The notes: generated by a model from the sequence alone, not told the origin. 64,000 nucleotides of DNA from an uncultured Nitrospiraceae bacterium (GCA_963706325.1 CAVPLT010000004.1:1-64000); one strand, 5' to 3'. Numbered from the stretch's first letter, positions 8,731 through 18,927 are shown. Numbers and translations: made by a program.

Positions 8731-8770
8731 ACGCCCCCGTCTTACGCCCCCGTCTTACCAAGTCGGGGGC
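8731..8770 (-). other. Putative Rep_trans double-strand origin hairpin with 13-bp tandem duplication
   Basis: GCCCCCGACTTGGTAAGACGGGGGC then GTAAGACGGGGGCGT; resembles the CCCCC...TAA...GGGGG nick hairpins of Tn916/ICEBs1; just upstream of rep. Confidence 0.7.
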
Positions 8771-9023
8771 TGGTCGGCTGCGCGCGCCGCCGGCTTTCGC
8801 CGCCAGTCGCGCTGCGCCGTCCCGGCTTCCTCTTGGAGACGACAAAGGACGGACCATGTCCCTTGGTCTGCAGGGCTGCCTTCACCCGCTCCAGGTCGAA
8901 GCGCACAAATCGGCAGAATCGATCGACGGGAATCTCGCCTTTGCGGTAGGCCCGGCGGATCGACTTCGGGCTGACTTTGAGGACGGCGGCCAATTCATCG
9001 ACGGTCAACCATATCTGTTCCAT
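8742..9023 (-). CDS. HTH_17 / excisionase-like regulator of the phage module
   Basis: WLTVDELAAVLKVSPKSIRRAYRKGEIP...VRFD; SD AAAGGAG. Confidence 0.85.
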   Translation of the reverse strand: MEQIWLTVDELAAVLKVSPKSIRRAYRKGEIPVDRFCRFVRFDLERVKAALQTKGHGPSFVVSKRKPGRRSATGGESRRRAQPTSPRLGKTGA

Positions 9024-9100
9024 CACGTCTCCTTTAGGTTGCACGCACGATGTATGGCCGAACCATACGCATCGGCGTGCGGTGGTTAAAGAGGCCGGTT

Positions 9101-9140
9101 CGGGGACAGTAAGGGACAACAGGGGACACTAAGGGACACT
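9101..9140. repeat. Four tandem 10-bp repeats (consensus AAGGGACACT), operator/iteron-like
   Basis: cggggacagt aagggacaac aggggacact aagggacact. Confidence 0.75.
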
Positions 9141-9557
9141 ACGTCATCGCATGCAGAGCGTTCATCAGCACACGAAGAGAAGTCGGAAGCGGGTATGCAA
9201 AAAGGTTGTCTAAACTGACAGTTGTGAAGGGGACGCGATCAAAAGCAGCTCTAGGAGCGGTTATTCAGACATAGGGTTAAATCAGCGATGGAGATGAGAT
9301 AGGGCGAATGGAACTTGGGTGAGTCGAATGGGCGTGCCGCCGCGATCAAAATTATGGCGGAATATTACAAAAATCTGCCCTAGGGTCGAAATACTCGTCA
9401 GTAGGGCCTGACGGCTCTATTCATTGTGATGGCCGCAGGTCTCGGCAGTGGGCAGGAATAGCCAGTGGACCGGCAGGCAAAATCGGTGCAACGCAAAGCG
9501 TGGAGAAGTCGGCAGGAACACCACCAACTAGGCACGACTGCTCGTTGGGCACTAATG

Positions 9558-9955
9558 CGTTTATCTATCCGCCCTACAACACGGTGAATGAAGAATGGGT
9601 CTATAACCTATCTCAGCCGCAGTTCGAGGAATGGATTGGCAAGGTTGTTGGGAAGGAAGAAGAGGAAGCGAGTCGGCACGATAAGTGGTGCTGCATGATG
9701 CTTCCGAGGCTGCAATTGCTCAGATAGGTTTTGCGCGATGATGGAGCCCATCTTCATTTCGATCGATGACAATGAAGTTGCCAACTTGCGCGCGCTGATG
9801 GACAAGGTTTTTGGCGAGACCAATTTCATTGCTACGGTCATATGGCAGAAAAATTTCTCACCCAACAAATCTGCCAAATGGGCATCCGGCGACTTGAGCG
9901 CACGCAATCCATACAGTAAGGGTATTTATCCCATTACATGCCCCGATGGTCGCCA
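9558..9955 (+). pseudogene. Type III R-M methyltransferase (Mod) remnant
   Basis: YPPYNT (degenerate DPPY), SRHDKWCCMMLPRLQLLR, ISIDDNEVANLRALMDKVFGETNFIATVIWQK; in-frame stop, frameshift and truncation. Confidence 0.85.
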
Positions 9956-10471
9956 GTCTCCTCCAGGCTCTCGGGGCCTTCGCGAAGTTAAGGCGCTGAT
10001 TACGAGAGACCCCAGCCGAGTACAGCTATCGGCTTGCCGAGCATTCTCCTGGACATTCTGCCAAGGGAGCAGACAACCGAAACGACCTGTGCTAACGATC
10101 CCGCCCGCCTTCGCATGCTGAAAATCCCATTCTGTCCGGATCCCCAGCGGCCGGCCACCGATCGTTCCAGGAATATCTGTCAGGGCGGATTAAGCGAAGC
10201 ATGCGAAGAAGTGCCACCGAGCCCAGCACCATATTCCTGACATGGAGATCGCGAGGGGTGCCATACGCCACTAGGACTTATCCCAGGTGGATGGTGTACT
10301 GTTGTCACGTACCCTGTCAGATAATACGGGTGGTAGGTGGGAGGGAGGGATTGGAATGTTAATGCAATGTGTGCTTGGGCAAGCCCGTTGAAAAACAGAA
10401 TGAGCGCACGTTTGATCGCCACGTGTCGGTCGACTCGGAATTTCAATTCTTTTATAAGATGGGTGGTTTAG

Positions 10472-12796
10472 ATGAACATCACCGGACAGGAGCGCGCCGA
10501 GGAGGCCGTACCTGAAAGTGGCGCGATTTATTGCTCACTCATGGAGATCTTAGATCAGGGCTGCTGTGTGATCGAGGTGTTGTTCGAACAGGAGCAGCCA
10601 GTCGACTATCGATTTTTGGAGACTAATCCATCCTTTAATGAACAGACAGGACTCGCTCATCCTCGGGGCAAGCGCATGCGGGATCTGTCCCCTCAGCACG
10701 AACAACATTGGTTTGATGCCTACGGCCGTGCCGCGTTAACGGGCGAAGTTCAACGGTTCCAGAACGATGCCGTGCAGCCGGGGCGACGGTACGAGGTGTT
10801 CGCCTTTCGCGTCGGGAAGCCTGCAGATCATCACGTGGCGGTCGTGTTTACGGACATTACGGCACACAAACAGACGGAGCAAGCGTTGCAGGCCAGTGAA
10901 CGGCGTCTCCGCAGCATCATGGACCAACTTCCTGCCGGGGTCGGCATCATGGATAAGACGGGCGCTTGGCTGCTGACCAACGCACAGATGGAGAAACTAA
11001 GCCCTTCAGCGCTCCCCGGGCAGACAGCGGAGGGCGTGACGGACCCAACGTGGGACGAGCACGGCATACCGATATTGCCGGAGCAGTGGCCTAGTCGTCG
11101 GGCGTTGCGCGGCGAAACGGTCATCCCAGCGGTGGAGACGCGTCACGTCGGTGAAGCGGGGGAAACATGGACGCGAGTGAGCGCCGCACCTCTTCGTGAC
11201 GACACAGGAAACCTCGTGGGCGCCACCGCAATGGTGTACGACATCACGCACGAGAAACAGGCCGAGCAAGCGTTGCGAAGGAATGCTGAGACCTTTGCAA
11301 CACTGGTTGAACAATCACCGCTCGGTATTTACTCAGTCGATTCGCAGTTCCGGATCCGGCACGTCAGTGCGGGGGCCATGCCTGCGTTCCGCAATGTGCA
11401 GCCACTCATCGGTCGCGATTTTGCTGAGGTGATGCATACGCTCTGGCCAGACTCCTTTGCAAACGAAGCGATTCAGATCTTTCGCCGCACCCTGGAGACG
11501 GGGGAACCCTATTTATCACCAGGCCTCACAAACGTGCGCAAAGACATTGGCGCGATTGAGTCCTATGAATGGCAGACCATCCGCGTTACCCTCGCCGACG
11601 GACAATACGGTGTCGTCTGTTACTATTTCGATACGACACGTCTCCAGCAAGCCAACCAGAACATTCGCGAAAGTGAAGCGCGCTTCCGCGCCTTAGCCAG
11701 CGCCACAAAAGATTCCGTGTATCGCATGAATGCAGACTGGTCCGAGATGCGCCATCTGGCCGGACGGCAGTTCAACCCCGATGAGGGCCACCCTGGTGGC
11801 TCATGGATGGATCGAATCATTCCCGCAGAGGATCACCCGGACGTCCTCGAAAATATTCGACGAGCCATCGATTCTAAAAGCGTGTTTGAGCTTGAGCATC
11901 GTGTCATTCAGACGAACGGCAAAGTGGGCTGGGCGTACTCGCGAGCCATTCCGATTTTGGATGAGCAGGGTGAAATTCGCGAATGGTTCGGCGCAGCCAG
12001 CGATGCGACGGAACGGAAGGAGATCCAGGATCGACTTGAACAGTTTACGGAGGAACTGGAAGCACAAGTCACACACCGTACTGCAGAACTGCTTCAGTCA
12101 CAAGCCCAGCTACGGGCGTTGGGTACCGAGCTGAATCTTGCCGAACACCGCGAACGTCAACGTTTAGCGGAGGAACTGCACGACCATCTGCAACAGCTCC
12201 TGGTATTAGGCAAGTTGACCATCGGCCAACATAAGCGACGAGGCACGACCGACTCGTATTCGGCGGAAGCGATGGCGAAGGTCGATGACCTGCTTTCTGA
12301 CGCCTTGAACTATACTCGAACGCTGGTCGCTGAATTAAGTCCACCGGTGCTCACGGATCACGGCCTCGCGGCAGGATTGAGATGGCTCGGCAACTATATG
12401 AAGAAACATGAGCTAACCGTCACCGTGCTTCTTCCAGCTGAACAGATGCCGGCGTTACCTGCTGATCAGGACATGATGATATTCCAATCGGTTCGAGAAT
12501 TATTGATTAACTGCTCGAAGCACGCCGGAACGGGACAGGCGTCTGTCATGGTTGAGAAACAGGCCGATCTCCTTTGCATCAAGGTGATCGATCAGGGGGT
12601 TGGCTTTGAGAGGGCTGCAAATGCTCCCACTGGAGAACTCTCCTCCAAGTTTGGTCTCTTCAGCATCCGGGAACGGATGAGAGCGCTGGGTGGCTCCTTG
12701 AGTATTCAGTCGGCTCCTGGCATGGGTACCACGGCGACGCTGAGATTGCCGCTGACACCAAAACCCTCTCAATCAATTAAAATGCCCGTGCCTTAA
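10472..12796 (+). CDS. Multi-PAS sensor histidine kinase (HisKA_3, NarX-type), cytoplasmic
   Basis: Repeated PAS/PAC (DIT) motifs, ELHDHLQQ H-box, ELLINCSKHA N-box, DQGVGF, FGLFSIRER, GMGT. Confidence 0.93.
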   Translation: MNITGQERAEEAVPESGAIYCSLMEILDQGCCVIEVLFEQEQPVDYRFLETNPSFNEQTGLAHPRGKRMRDLSPQHEQHWFDAYGRAALTGEVQRFQNDAVQPGRRYEVFAFRVGKPADHHVAVVFTDITAHKQTEQALQASERRLRSIMDQLPAGVGIMDKTGAWLLTNAQMEKLSPSALPGQTAEGVTDPTWDEHGIPILPEQWPSRRALRGETVIPAVETRHVGEAGETWTRVSAAPLRDDTGNLVGATAMVYDITHEKQAEQALRRNAETFATLVEQSPLGIYSVDSQFRIRHVSAGAMPAFRNVQPLIGRDFAEVMHTLWPDSFANEAIQIFRRTLETGEPYLSPGLTNVRKDIGAIESYEWQTIRVTLADGQYGVVCYYFDTTRLQQANQNIRESEARFRALASATKDSVYRMNADWSEMRHLAGRQFNPDEGHPGGSWMDRIIPAEDHPDVLENIRRAIDSKSVFELEHRVIQTNGKVGWAYSRAIPILDEQGEIREWFGAASDATERKEIQDRLEQFTEELEAQVTHRTAELLQSQAQLRALGTELNLAEHRERQRLAEELHDHLQQLLVLGKLTIGQHKRRGTTDSYSAEAMAKVDDLLSDALNYTRTLVAELSPPVLTDHGLAAGLRWLGNYMKKHELTVTVLLPAEQMPALPADQDMMIFQSVRELLINCSKHAGTGQASVMVEKQADLLCIKVIDQGVGFERAANAPTGELSSKFGLFSIRERMRALGGSLSIQSAPGMGTTATLRLPLTPKPSQSIKMPVP

Positions 12797-13365
12797 GGCT
12801 TAGTTTAAAAGTTTTAGGGACCTGTACATCTGGACTGAATTTCTGCTGACATTGGGAGCAGGTGGCTATGTTCAACACATTCTTCTGAAACTCATTCGTC
12901 AAAAGAGACATGTCTTGATTGCGCACGAAACGTGTTCCTCGGTTCGACAAATGTTGGGTTACAACCCCGCGTGAAGTCCCATATTCATTCCTCCCATTTC
13001 TTGGAAGACATCTTTGTCAAGTGGTCTAGCTAAGATCGCTCGACCCACCGTACGGGTCTCGTGAGGGCGCCCATCATCGCGAGCATGCAGATCGCGAGAA
13101 GCAGCAGCAAGCTAGCGGCGAGAAAGAGCCATCCTTTCAATTACTGTGTGAGCATCGCGGAGAGTCTAGTGAACTCCTGGGCCGAACGGACCTAGGAAGA
13201 CCTCTAGCGGCTCGGCAAAATCGGAAGACTTCGCAGCGAAGACTCGCTCCCCCATAACTGTTTCCTGACAGCCTCGAATCCAAACAAACCGTTCGCACAT
13301 GTCCCGACCCAGAAAGCGTATACTCGGCTCTCGCTCCTAGGCCGTTAATGCTAGAAGGACGCCGC

Positions 13366-14139
13366 ATGACGCACCAAGAACGCATCCGTATTTTTGACTC
13401 TCAGGGTGAGGCCTATAAACAGGCCTTTCAAATCTTCCTTGACCACACCGACCAAAAACGCAACGCCAAGCAGTGGCTTCAAGCCGTGGTCGAGAGATTG
13501 CCAGCACGCAACGTGTTTATCGACGCAGGGGCCGGAAATGGAGAGGTCACGCAGGCGTTTGCTGGTGCCTTTACGCGCACCATTGCCATCGAGCCAAACG
13601 TCTATCTTCGGGAACAACTCGAACGGAGGCTCCCGAATGCAGAGGCCATTGGCCAACCGATTCTAGCCGCTCACCCTGCTGCGCAGGGGGACTTGGTCCT
13701 CTGCTCGCATACGTTCTATTACATTCCTCCCGAGGAGTGGGTCGCTCATCTCGAACGGCTGGTATTCTGGATGGCGCCAACGGGCGTGACCGTTGTGGTG
13801 TTGCAGCATCGGGAGAGTGGATGCATGAACATGGTGCATCACTTTTTCGGCCACCGGTTCGAATTGCGCCGGACCGCCGACGCTTTCCGGGCCAAGCATG
13901 GAGACCGCTATGATGTCGTGACGACGATCGACCCTGCCCACGTCCAGACGGCAGACCTGAACAAAGCCTACGCCGTCGCCGAATTTATGCTCAACTTGTT
14001 GGAGATTAAGTACGCCCCGACCAGGCAAGAGGTCGAAGCCTACGTGCAGGCCCATTTTGCCACAAAGGACGGGGGGTACCGCATCCCGGTCGATCAAGAG
14101 TTTCTCCACATTAGCCACCGACAAAGCTCGGATGGGTAG
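13366..14139 (+). CDS. Class I SAM-dependent methyltransferase
   Basis: FIDAGAGNG motif I, AIEPN, DLVLCSHTFYY. Confidence 0.9.
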   Translation: MTHQERIRIFDSQGEAYKQAFQIFLDHTDQKRNAKQWLQAVVERLPARNVFIDAGAGNGEVTQAFAGAFTRTIAIEPNVYLREQLERRLPNAEAIGQPILAAHPAAQGDLVLCSHTFYYIPPEEWVAHLERLVFWMAPTGVTVVVLQHRESGCMNMVHHFFGHRFELRRTADAFRAKHGDRYDVVTTIDPAHVQTADLNKAYAVAEFMLNLLEIKYAPTRQEVEAYVQAHFATKDGGYRIPVDQEFLHISHRQSSDG

Positions 14140-14585
14140 GCTTCAGGTGGTAGGAGGTGCAGTCAGGAGAGGGTGTCCTCGACGTTGGCCTGCAATCCCA
14201 ATGTTAAGGCGCTGGTCACATGCCGTGGTCAGATAACGTCCATGGCAAGAAGGATGACAGAGCGGCAGGTTCCCATTCGAGGAAGGACTGCGATGACGGC
14301 ACCACCAGCACAAGCCAGTCCATCGGCTCGACCTGTCCATAATTTCAGCAATGGGGCAACACCACGCACCTCCTCTGCGAAAATCTGGGATTCATCGTCA
14401 ACCGAGCGGGCTACGCTTTGAACGTGAAGCCCATCAAAATCGGGTTCCTTCGATTGCGGCGGTTCGTCGCCGAAATGTTTCATGTGGAAGGGTCGGTCTC
14501 GGTGATCGGATTGACCGCATCCGTGATTGCCCTCCTGCTGTTCCGCGTTGCCATTTTCTTGGTCATGGGATGGTAACGAGAACGT

Positions 14586-14972
14586 CTACTTGGCAAGTTT
14601 AATGGCTTGTCCGGTGCACGTGATACGTTCCCAACAACCCTGGAAGAGGGTCCTCCCGCGGGGAGGGTCGCATTTCAAATTTTTGATGCCCTCGGCCCCC
14701 TGCTGCTTGGCCCAGTACTTCGCCTCGTTCATAGCATCGGTCTTGGTCGCCGGACGGTCGCCCCTCTTATATTGGCACGACGTCCCTTTCACACTGTCAA
14801 TCACGACATGCTCTTTTCCACTCAGGTCACCTTCCTGCAAGATAGGTAGCTCGAAGATAGCCTCGCGCTCTTCCCGTGGAAGCGAATCCATCTTGTTGAC
14901 CGGCGCCGTCCATCCAGCACACCCTCCTGCCGTCAAAAAAACAGCTACGAGCACACTACGCCTGATGGTCAT
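14586..14972 (-). CDS. RcsF-like lipoprotein
   Basis: Lipobox AGGC; VKGTSCQ...C...GCW...CTGQAI four-Cys pattern as in RcsF. Confidence 0.65.
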   Translation of the reverse strand: MTIRRSVLVAVFLTAGGCAGWTAPVNKMDSLPREEREAIFELPILQEGDLSGKEHVVIDSVKGTSCQYKRGDRPATKTDAMNEAKYWAKQQGAEGIKNLKCDPPRGRTLFQGCWERITCTGQAIKLAK

Positions 14973-15207
14973 GACTCCTCCACTGGGTCTTGAGAGACGA
15001 TGCTGAATACCTTCCACTGATGGACGTGACGGTAAAGGAACCTAGACAGATTCTCTCGTGCCACCTATGTGGCCCGGCTCTGTATTGATGCCGTCGTCTC
15101 GTCCGCTCACCCAGGCCGGCACATCCGCCGATAATAGGGGACGGCCTGATGGGTATGGGAAAAATCTAATTATAGGGGAACTTCTGTTGGTGGGCCATGC
15201 CGCGCTG

Positions 15208-16389
15208 CTATTTGGCAATCGTGATACTCGGCACACCCAGTCGAGGGACTTCCGTCATGGTCATCTGAAACAGCAGGTACAGTAACTGGAAGGCGTCGCG
15301 GTTCCAGCGCGCCAGCGGGCCGTCGGTCCGTACTGCGTAGTATGTTCCCTGAGACTGGATTGCGAGATCAGCCTCCGATGGACTGCTATCGGACCGCACC
15401 ATCTCCATGGTGTACACGGGATTTTCAGCCACGTCTGGCGTGAGGGGTGCTTTGTCGACGTGGTATTCCCGGTCCTCGCCGAGTGACCGTGCAACAAAAT
15501 GGAGCATGGCGTGAAAGGACCGGAGGCGAAAATATCCCCTCATGGGATACTGTCCTCCCAAGTAGCCTGGGCGAATGTCAAAGGAGACATCGTTGAGCCG
15601 CTCCACGTCCGGTTCCTCGCTTAACTGCGCCCGTTCCTCAGCCGACAGCGTCGCAGGGTCATAATTGGTGATGCGGATGCGTCCAGGCACCGATTTCCGC
15701 AGGGTATAGGTGTTCTCGCGTTGGTTGTAGGTGACGAGATATTCCTTTTCCAAGGCGATGAACCCCTCAGCCGTCACAGCATTCGCGGGGATCACCCAGG
15801 TTCGCTCGCTGTTCCGCGGTTCGACGTAGAGATGGTTGTCATCCTGCATGGCCGAGAGGTGGAGGACGACACGTCGAAATCTCTCATACCCGAGGCGATC
15901 GGCGGGCATGTTACGGAAGGCCACCTCTTCACCGTTCTGTTGCAGCCGCACCTCCTGCGCCATCAAGCGCAGCAGGAGGTCAATGTCGAACCGCTGCCGG
16001 AGCAGGAGGATGAGTTTGGCCTCATTGAAGGGCGTCAGCAGCCGCTTGGCAAATTCTTCTCCCTCGATCGGGACAATGCTAATCGTGGGATTTTCGGCCA
16101 CACTGCCCCCGAAGATCGGCACCAACGACCGCCCAGCGTCTCCGGTGAGCGTCGGCGTCGCGCCGGCACTGACTCGGAAATCGAATGTCGCCGCGACGTT
16201 CGACACGCCGGTGAAGTGGATGGGTTGGTGGCGTTCAGCACGAGCGATGTTGACGAGAAGTTGTTTGGCAACGGCGTCCGTGATGGCCTGATCGTAGGCC
16301 ACCACGGCTCGGTTGAGCGTGATGGGAGAGAGACACCCAGACAGGGGGAGCGCACAGCAACATGCAAGGATCGCAGTCGTTGTCTTCAT
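15208..16389 (-). CDS. Hypothetical lipoprotein
   Basis: Signal peptide with lipobox LSGC; long clean ORF. Confidence 0.75.
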   Translation of the reverse strand: MKTTTAILACCCALPLSGCLSPITLNRAVVAYDQAITDAVAKQLLVNIARAERHQPIHFTGVSNVAATFDFRVSAGATPTLTGDAGRSLVPIFGGSVAENPTISIVPIEGEEFAKRLLTPFNEAKLILLLRQRFDIDLLLRLMAQEVRLQQNGEEVAFRNMPADRLGYERFRRVVLHLSAMQDDNHLYVEPRNSERTWVIPANAVTAEGFIALEKEYLVTYNQRENTYTLRKSVPGRIRITNYDPATLSAEERAQLSEEPDVERLNDVSFDIRPGYLGGQYPMRGYFRLRSFHAMLHFVARSLGEDREYHVDKAPLTPDVAENPVYTMEMVRSDSSPSEADLAIQSQGTYYAVRTDGPLARWNRDAFQLLYLLFQMTMTEVPRLGVPSITIAK

Positions 16390-16890
16390 AGGAATCCTGT
16401 AGTCTGGGATGCCTGATACCAACGAAGAGCCCGAATGTACTTAATTTCTGACGTACAGCGCAACTCGCGTCTCTTCATGAGTTGCCTCTCCGTCGTTTCA
16501 AGGATGTAGGTAGGACGCTCCGCAATGTGTGGGGGTGTTGGCAAATGAATTGACTAGCGATGGCCTCAGGCTCAGCCGAAGAGGAGTAGGAATGGCTGAC
16601 TCGTTAGGTATCCGGAAAAGCCTTCACGACTGATGAAGGCGCGCTCGCCAAACTAGCGAGTAGTCCCTTACAGCTGTGGCCGTGATCTTTCCAAAACTGT
16701 TTGTGTCGCGAAAGGAGCGACTGCTCATCGTGATTCCGTCCACTTACGTTAATTAAACCCGTGGAACCGTCGGGCATTTGTAGGGGAGCAGCCCCAACCC
16801 TGAGGGTATGGTTCGCAAGGCGCGGACCCGCTAGCCTTGAATCAGTCGCAGCGGGTTGCCATACTCCTAAGGCTCCATACGAGGTGCGTC

Positions 16891-17541
16891 ATGGATACGA
16901 ATCTTGGACAGGTTTTTTATGGCACGGCGGGTATTGTGGCACTTCCCTTGGCCGCCTGTCTGCTCGTCAGCGGCTGTTCCTCCCTGCCAAAAGGAGAGCT
17001 TGCACTCGATCTTGGTATCAAGGACCGCGGCGTCGCCTCCTGGTACGGAAAGGCGTTTCATGGCAAGCTCGCGGCCAATGGGGAAGTCTTTGATATGACG
17101 GCGTTCACTGCGGCGCACCGCAAGCTGCCGTTGGGAAGCGTCGTGCGCGTCCTTAACTTGGAGAATGGCAAGTCAGTACACGTCCGGATCACTGATCGTG
17201 GTCCCTATGTCATCGGTCGCATGTTGGACCTTTCTCAAGCCGCGGCGCGAGCACTGGACATGGTCGACATGGGGACGGCGGCCGTCCAGGTTGAAGTGAT
17301 CGGCGCGCATCGCGGTCTATTACCAGTCCCCGATCGGCAGTGGGTTTCCATCACCGGCCTGGTGTTCAGTACCGATAGTCGCCCCAGCAGCAAGCGGTCT
17401 CAGAAAGGCGTGGAGCCACCCAAGGTCGCTCTCCGCCTCATGCCGCAAGAAGCGTTGTATGTGCGACGTGAGCGCCGAAGCGGCAGCGTGCTGGCCGCCG
17501 ACCATCTGGCACACAGAGACGTCCCCTCGCTTCTCGTCTGA
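16891..17541 (+). CDS. rlpA: RlpA family lytic transglycosylase lipoprotein (island copy)
   Basis: Lipobox [26 protein letters not shown] (DPBB); paralogue of 37966-38625. Confidence 0.92.
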   Translation: MDTNLGQVFYGTAGIVALPLAACLLVSGCSSLPKGELALDLGIKDRGVASWYGKAFHGKLAANGEVFDMTAFTAAHRKLPLGSVVRVLNLENGKSVHVRITDRGPYVIGRMLDLSQAAARALDMVDMGTAAVQVEVIGAHRGLLPVPDRQWVSITGLVFSTDSRPSSKRSQKGVEPPKVALRLMPQEALYVRRERRSGSVLAADHLAHRDVPSLLV

Positions 17542-17798
17542 TACGAATTGGAAGCCATGCTTCATCCTGGTCCCTAGCAGGTTCGCGGATCTCCACCTTC
17601 CGTCTTGATCTCCTCGTCGGATATTCGTATGACCTCCTCTCCATGCCCCTTCGGAGGTACGCCCTCCGTGTGATGGCACGCGGACTGTCCCTCGCTATGC
17701 TTACACCATGTAAGGACGACGAGAGGAATCGGCCCTGGCATACTTGCCGAGTCTTTGAGGTACCACCCACCCGAGGCCGCGATCGGAAGGAAACGCCC

Positions 17799-18119
17799 AT
17801 GGACAATCTGGACCCGCATCTCACGATCCTGCTCGAGGATTTCGTCCGCCTCTGCCCGGGAGACGCCCCCTTGGAAGAAGAGGATTGGACCGGCCTGTAT
17901 GAAATTTGTTTATTCGTCCATGAGCAGGCGATTCCCTGCACGCCTTCGTCCCTCCGGGAGTATTTACTCGAACACGGATGCTCAGCGCGCAAGGCGACGT
18001 ATCTCGGGCATCAGTTCGGCCATTTTTTCCATATCCTCACGCTGCGCGACCGACGGAACCCGTCATCGGCCAAGCCGCGTGCAAAGAGAGAGAATGTGGC
18101 GAACGAGGAGGCGGTATGA
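17799..18119 (+). CDS. Hypothetical protein
   Basis: SD AAGGA before MDNLDPH; ATGA-coupled to the next ORF. Confidence 0.6.
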   Translation: MDNLDPHLTILLEDFVRLCPGDAPLEEEDWTGLYEICLFVHEQAIPCTPSSLREYLLEHGCSARKATYLGHQFGHFFHILTLRDRRNPSSAKPRAKRENVANEEAV

Positions 18120-18415
18120 AGCGGGCGGACGAGGTTCGGGCGGAGCACAAACTCGACACCATTACACACTACCTGTTGAAGGCGCTTCCCGGTGCGGCAA
18201 TTGTGTCGCATCGGAGGCACCGAGGGGACTATCTCGTGACGGTCTGCTCGCCGGCCCTTGAGGATACCCATTGCCTCCACATCGCGAAGACCTTTCTGAA
18301 CCAGACGCATCCCACGGTGGAGGAGTTGCCTGGCCTGTTTGACCAGCTTCAACTGGCGCGGGTCCTTCGAGAGCGGGGGGAGTACCGCCTCGACCTGCCA
18401 GATCAACTATCATGA
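18116..18415 (+). CDS. Hypothetical protein
   Basis: SD GGAGG, ATGA overlap with the previous stop. Confidence 0.6.
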   Translation: MKRADEVRAEHKLDTITHYLLKALPGAAIVSHRRHRGDYLVTVCSPALEDTHCLHIAKTFLNQTHPTVEELPGLFDQLQLARVLRERGEYRLDLPDQLS

Positions 18416-18744
18416 CGATGGAACGACGGTGTTCCCGTCTCCGAGTCATCCCTTCCACGCTCAATAGCACGGTACTTTCTACCAGGTAGTTCTTGTCCCG
18501 CGGTGGGTGCAGGCCACCGGCCCACAGGGGAGCTTGGCGAGTGATTGCATGAAAAGAGGATGGAGACGGCTGCGAAGCGTCAGTGAGTGGCGACCACCGG
18601 TACGAGGTACCTCAAGAGAGGGCGGTTTAGGACTTTCGCTGCCTTGGCACAGGCGAGAGGCTGGTCTACGCTGCGGGACATGAGAAAAGGAGGCACCGAC
18701 CGCCTTATCGCAGAGTTCCTCACTCTCCCCCTGACGATTCAGCA

Positions 18745-18927
18745 ATGGACGACAAACATGACCGGTTGTCGCGGCTACACATCAATAGCCTATCGGACGC
18801 GATCAGCGACCTCCACCGTTATACGACGCTCTGGAAGAAACAGGAACTGTCCCGGCGAGGGGCATCTGGGCGGAACAAGGGAAAGCGAAAAACGACAATC
18901 CTCCGTCGTCGGCTAGAGGACCCGTGA
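18745..18927 (+). CDS. Hypothetical small basic protein
   Basis: ORF only, weak SD. Confidence 0.3.
   Translation: MDDKHDRLSRLHINSLSDAISDLHRYTTLWKKQELSRRGASGRNKGKRKTTILRRRLEDP

Larger units (their letters stand above)
3960..9140 (-). mobile_element. Filamentous phage (inovirus) gene module
   Basis: Co-oriented HTH, Rep_trans, ssDNA-binding protein, pIII-like, pVI-like, Zot/pI ATPase, small TM genes and pVIII-like coat. Confidence 0.9.

Noticed and set aside
7766..9089. Long + strand ORFs (285 and 266 aa)
   Set aside because: Antisense shadows of rep and HTH in GC-rich DNA; no motifs.
9101..9140. CRISPR-like array
   Set aside because: 10-bp units with no spacers and no cas genes; no CRISPR array seen anywhere in the window.
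13030..13140. Hydrophobic mini-ORF on the - strand (LKGWLFLAASLLLLLAICML...)
   Set aside because: No convincing start or SD; may be a gene remnant.
16810..16862. c-di-GMP-I (GEMM) riboswitch upstream of island rlpA
   Set aside because: GCAA...GCGGGTTGCC resembles the 3' part, but I found no GNRA P2 stem and the paralogous leader does not keep it. Kept only as an unassigned conserved leader.
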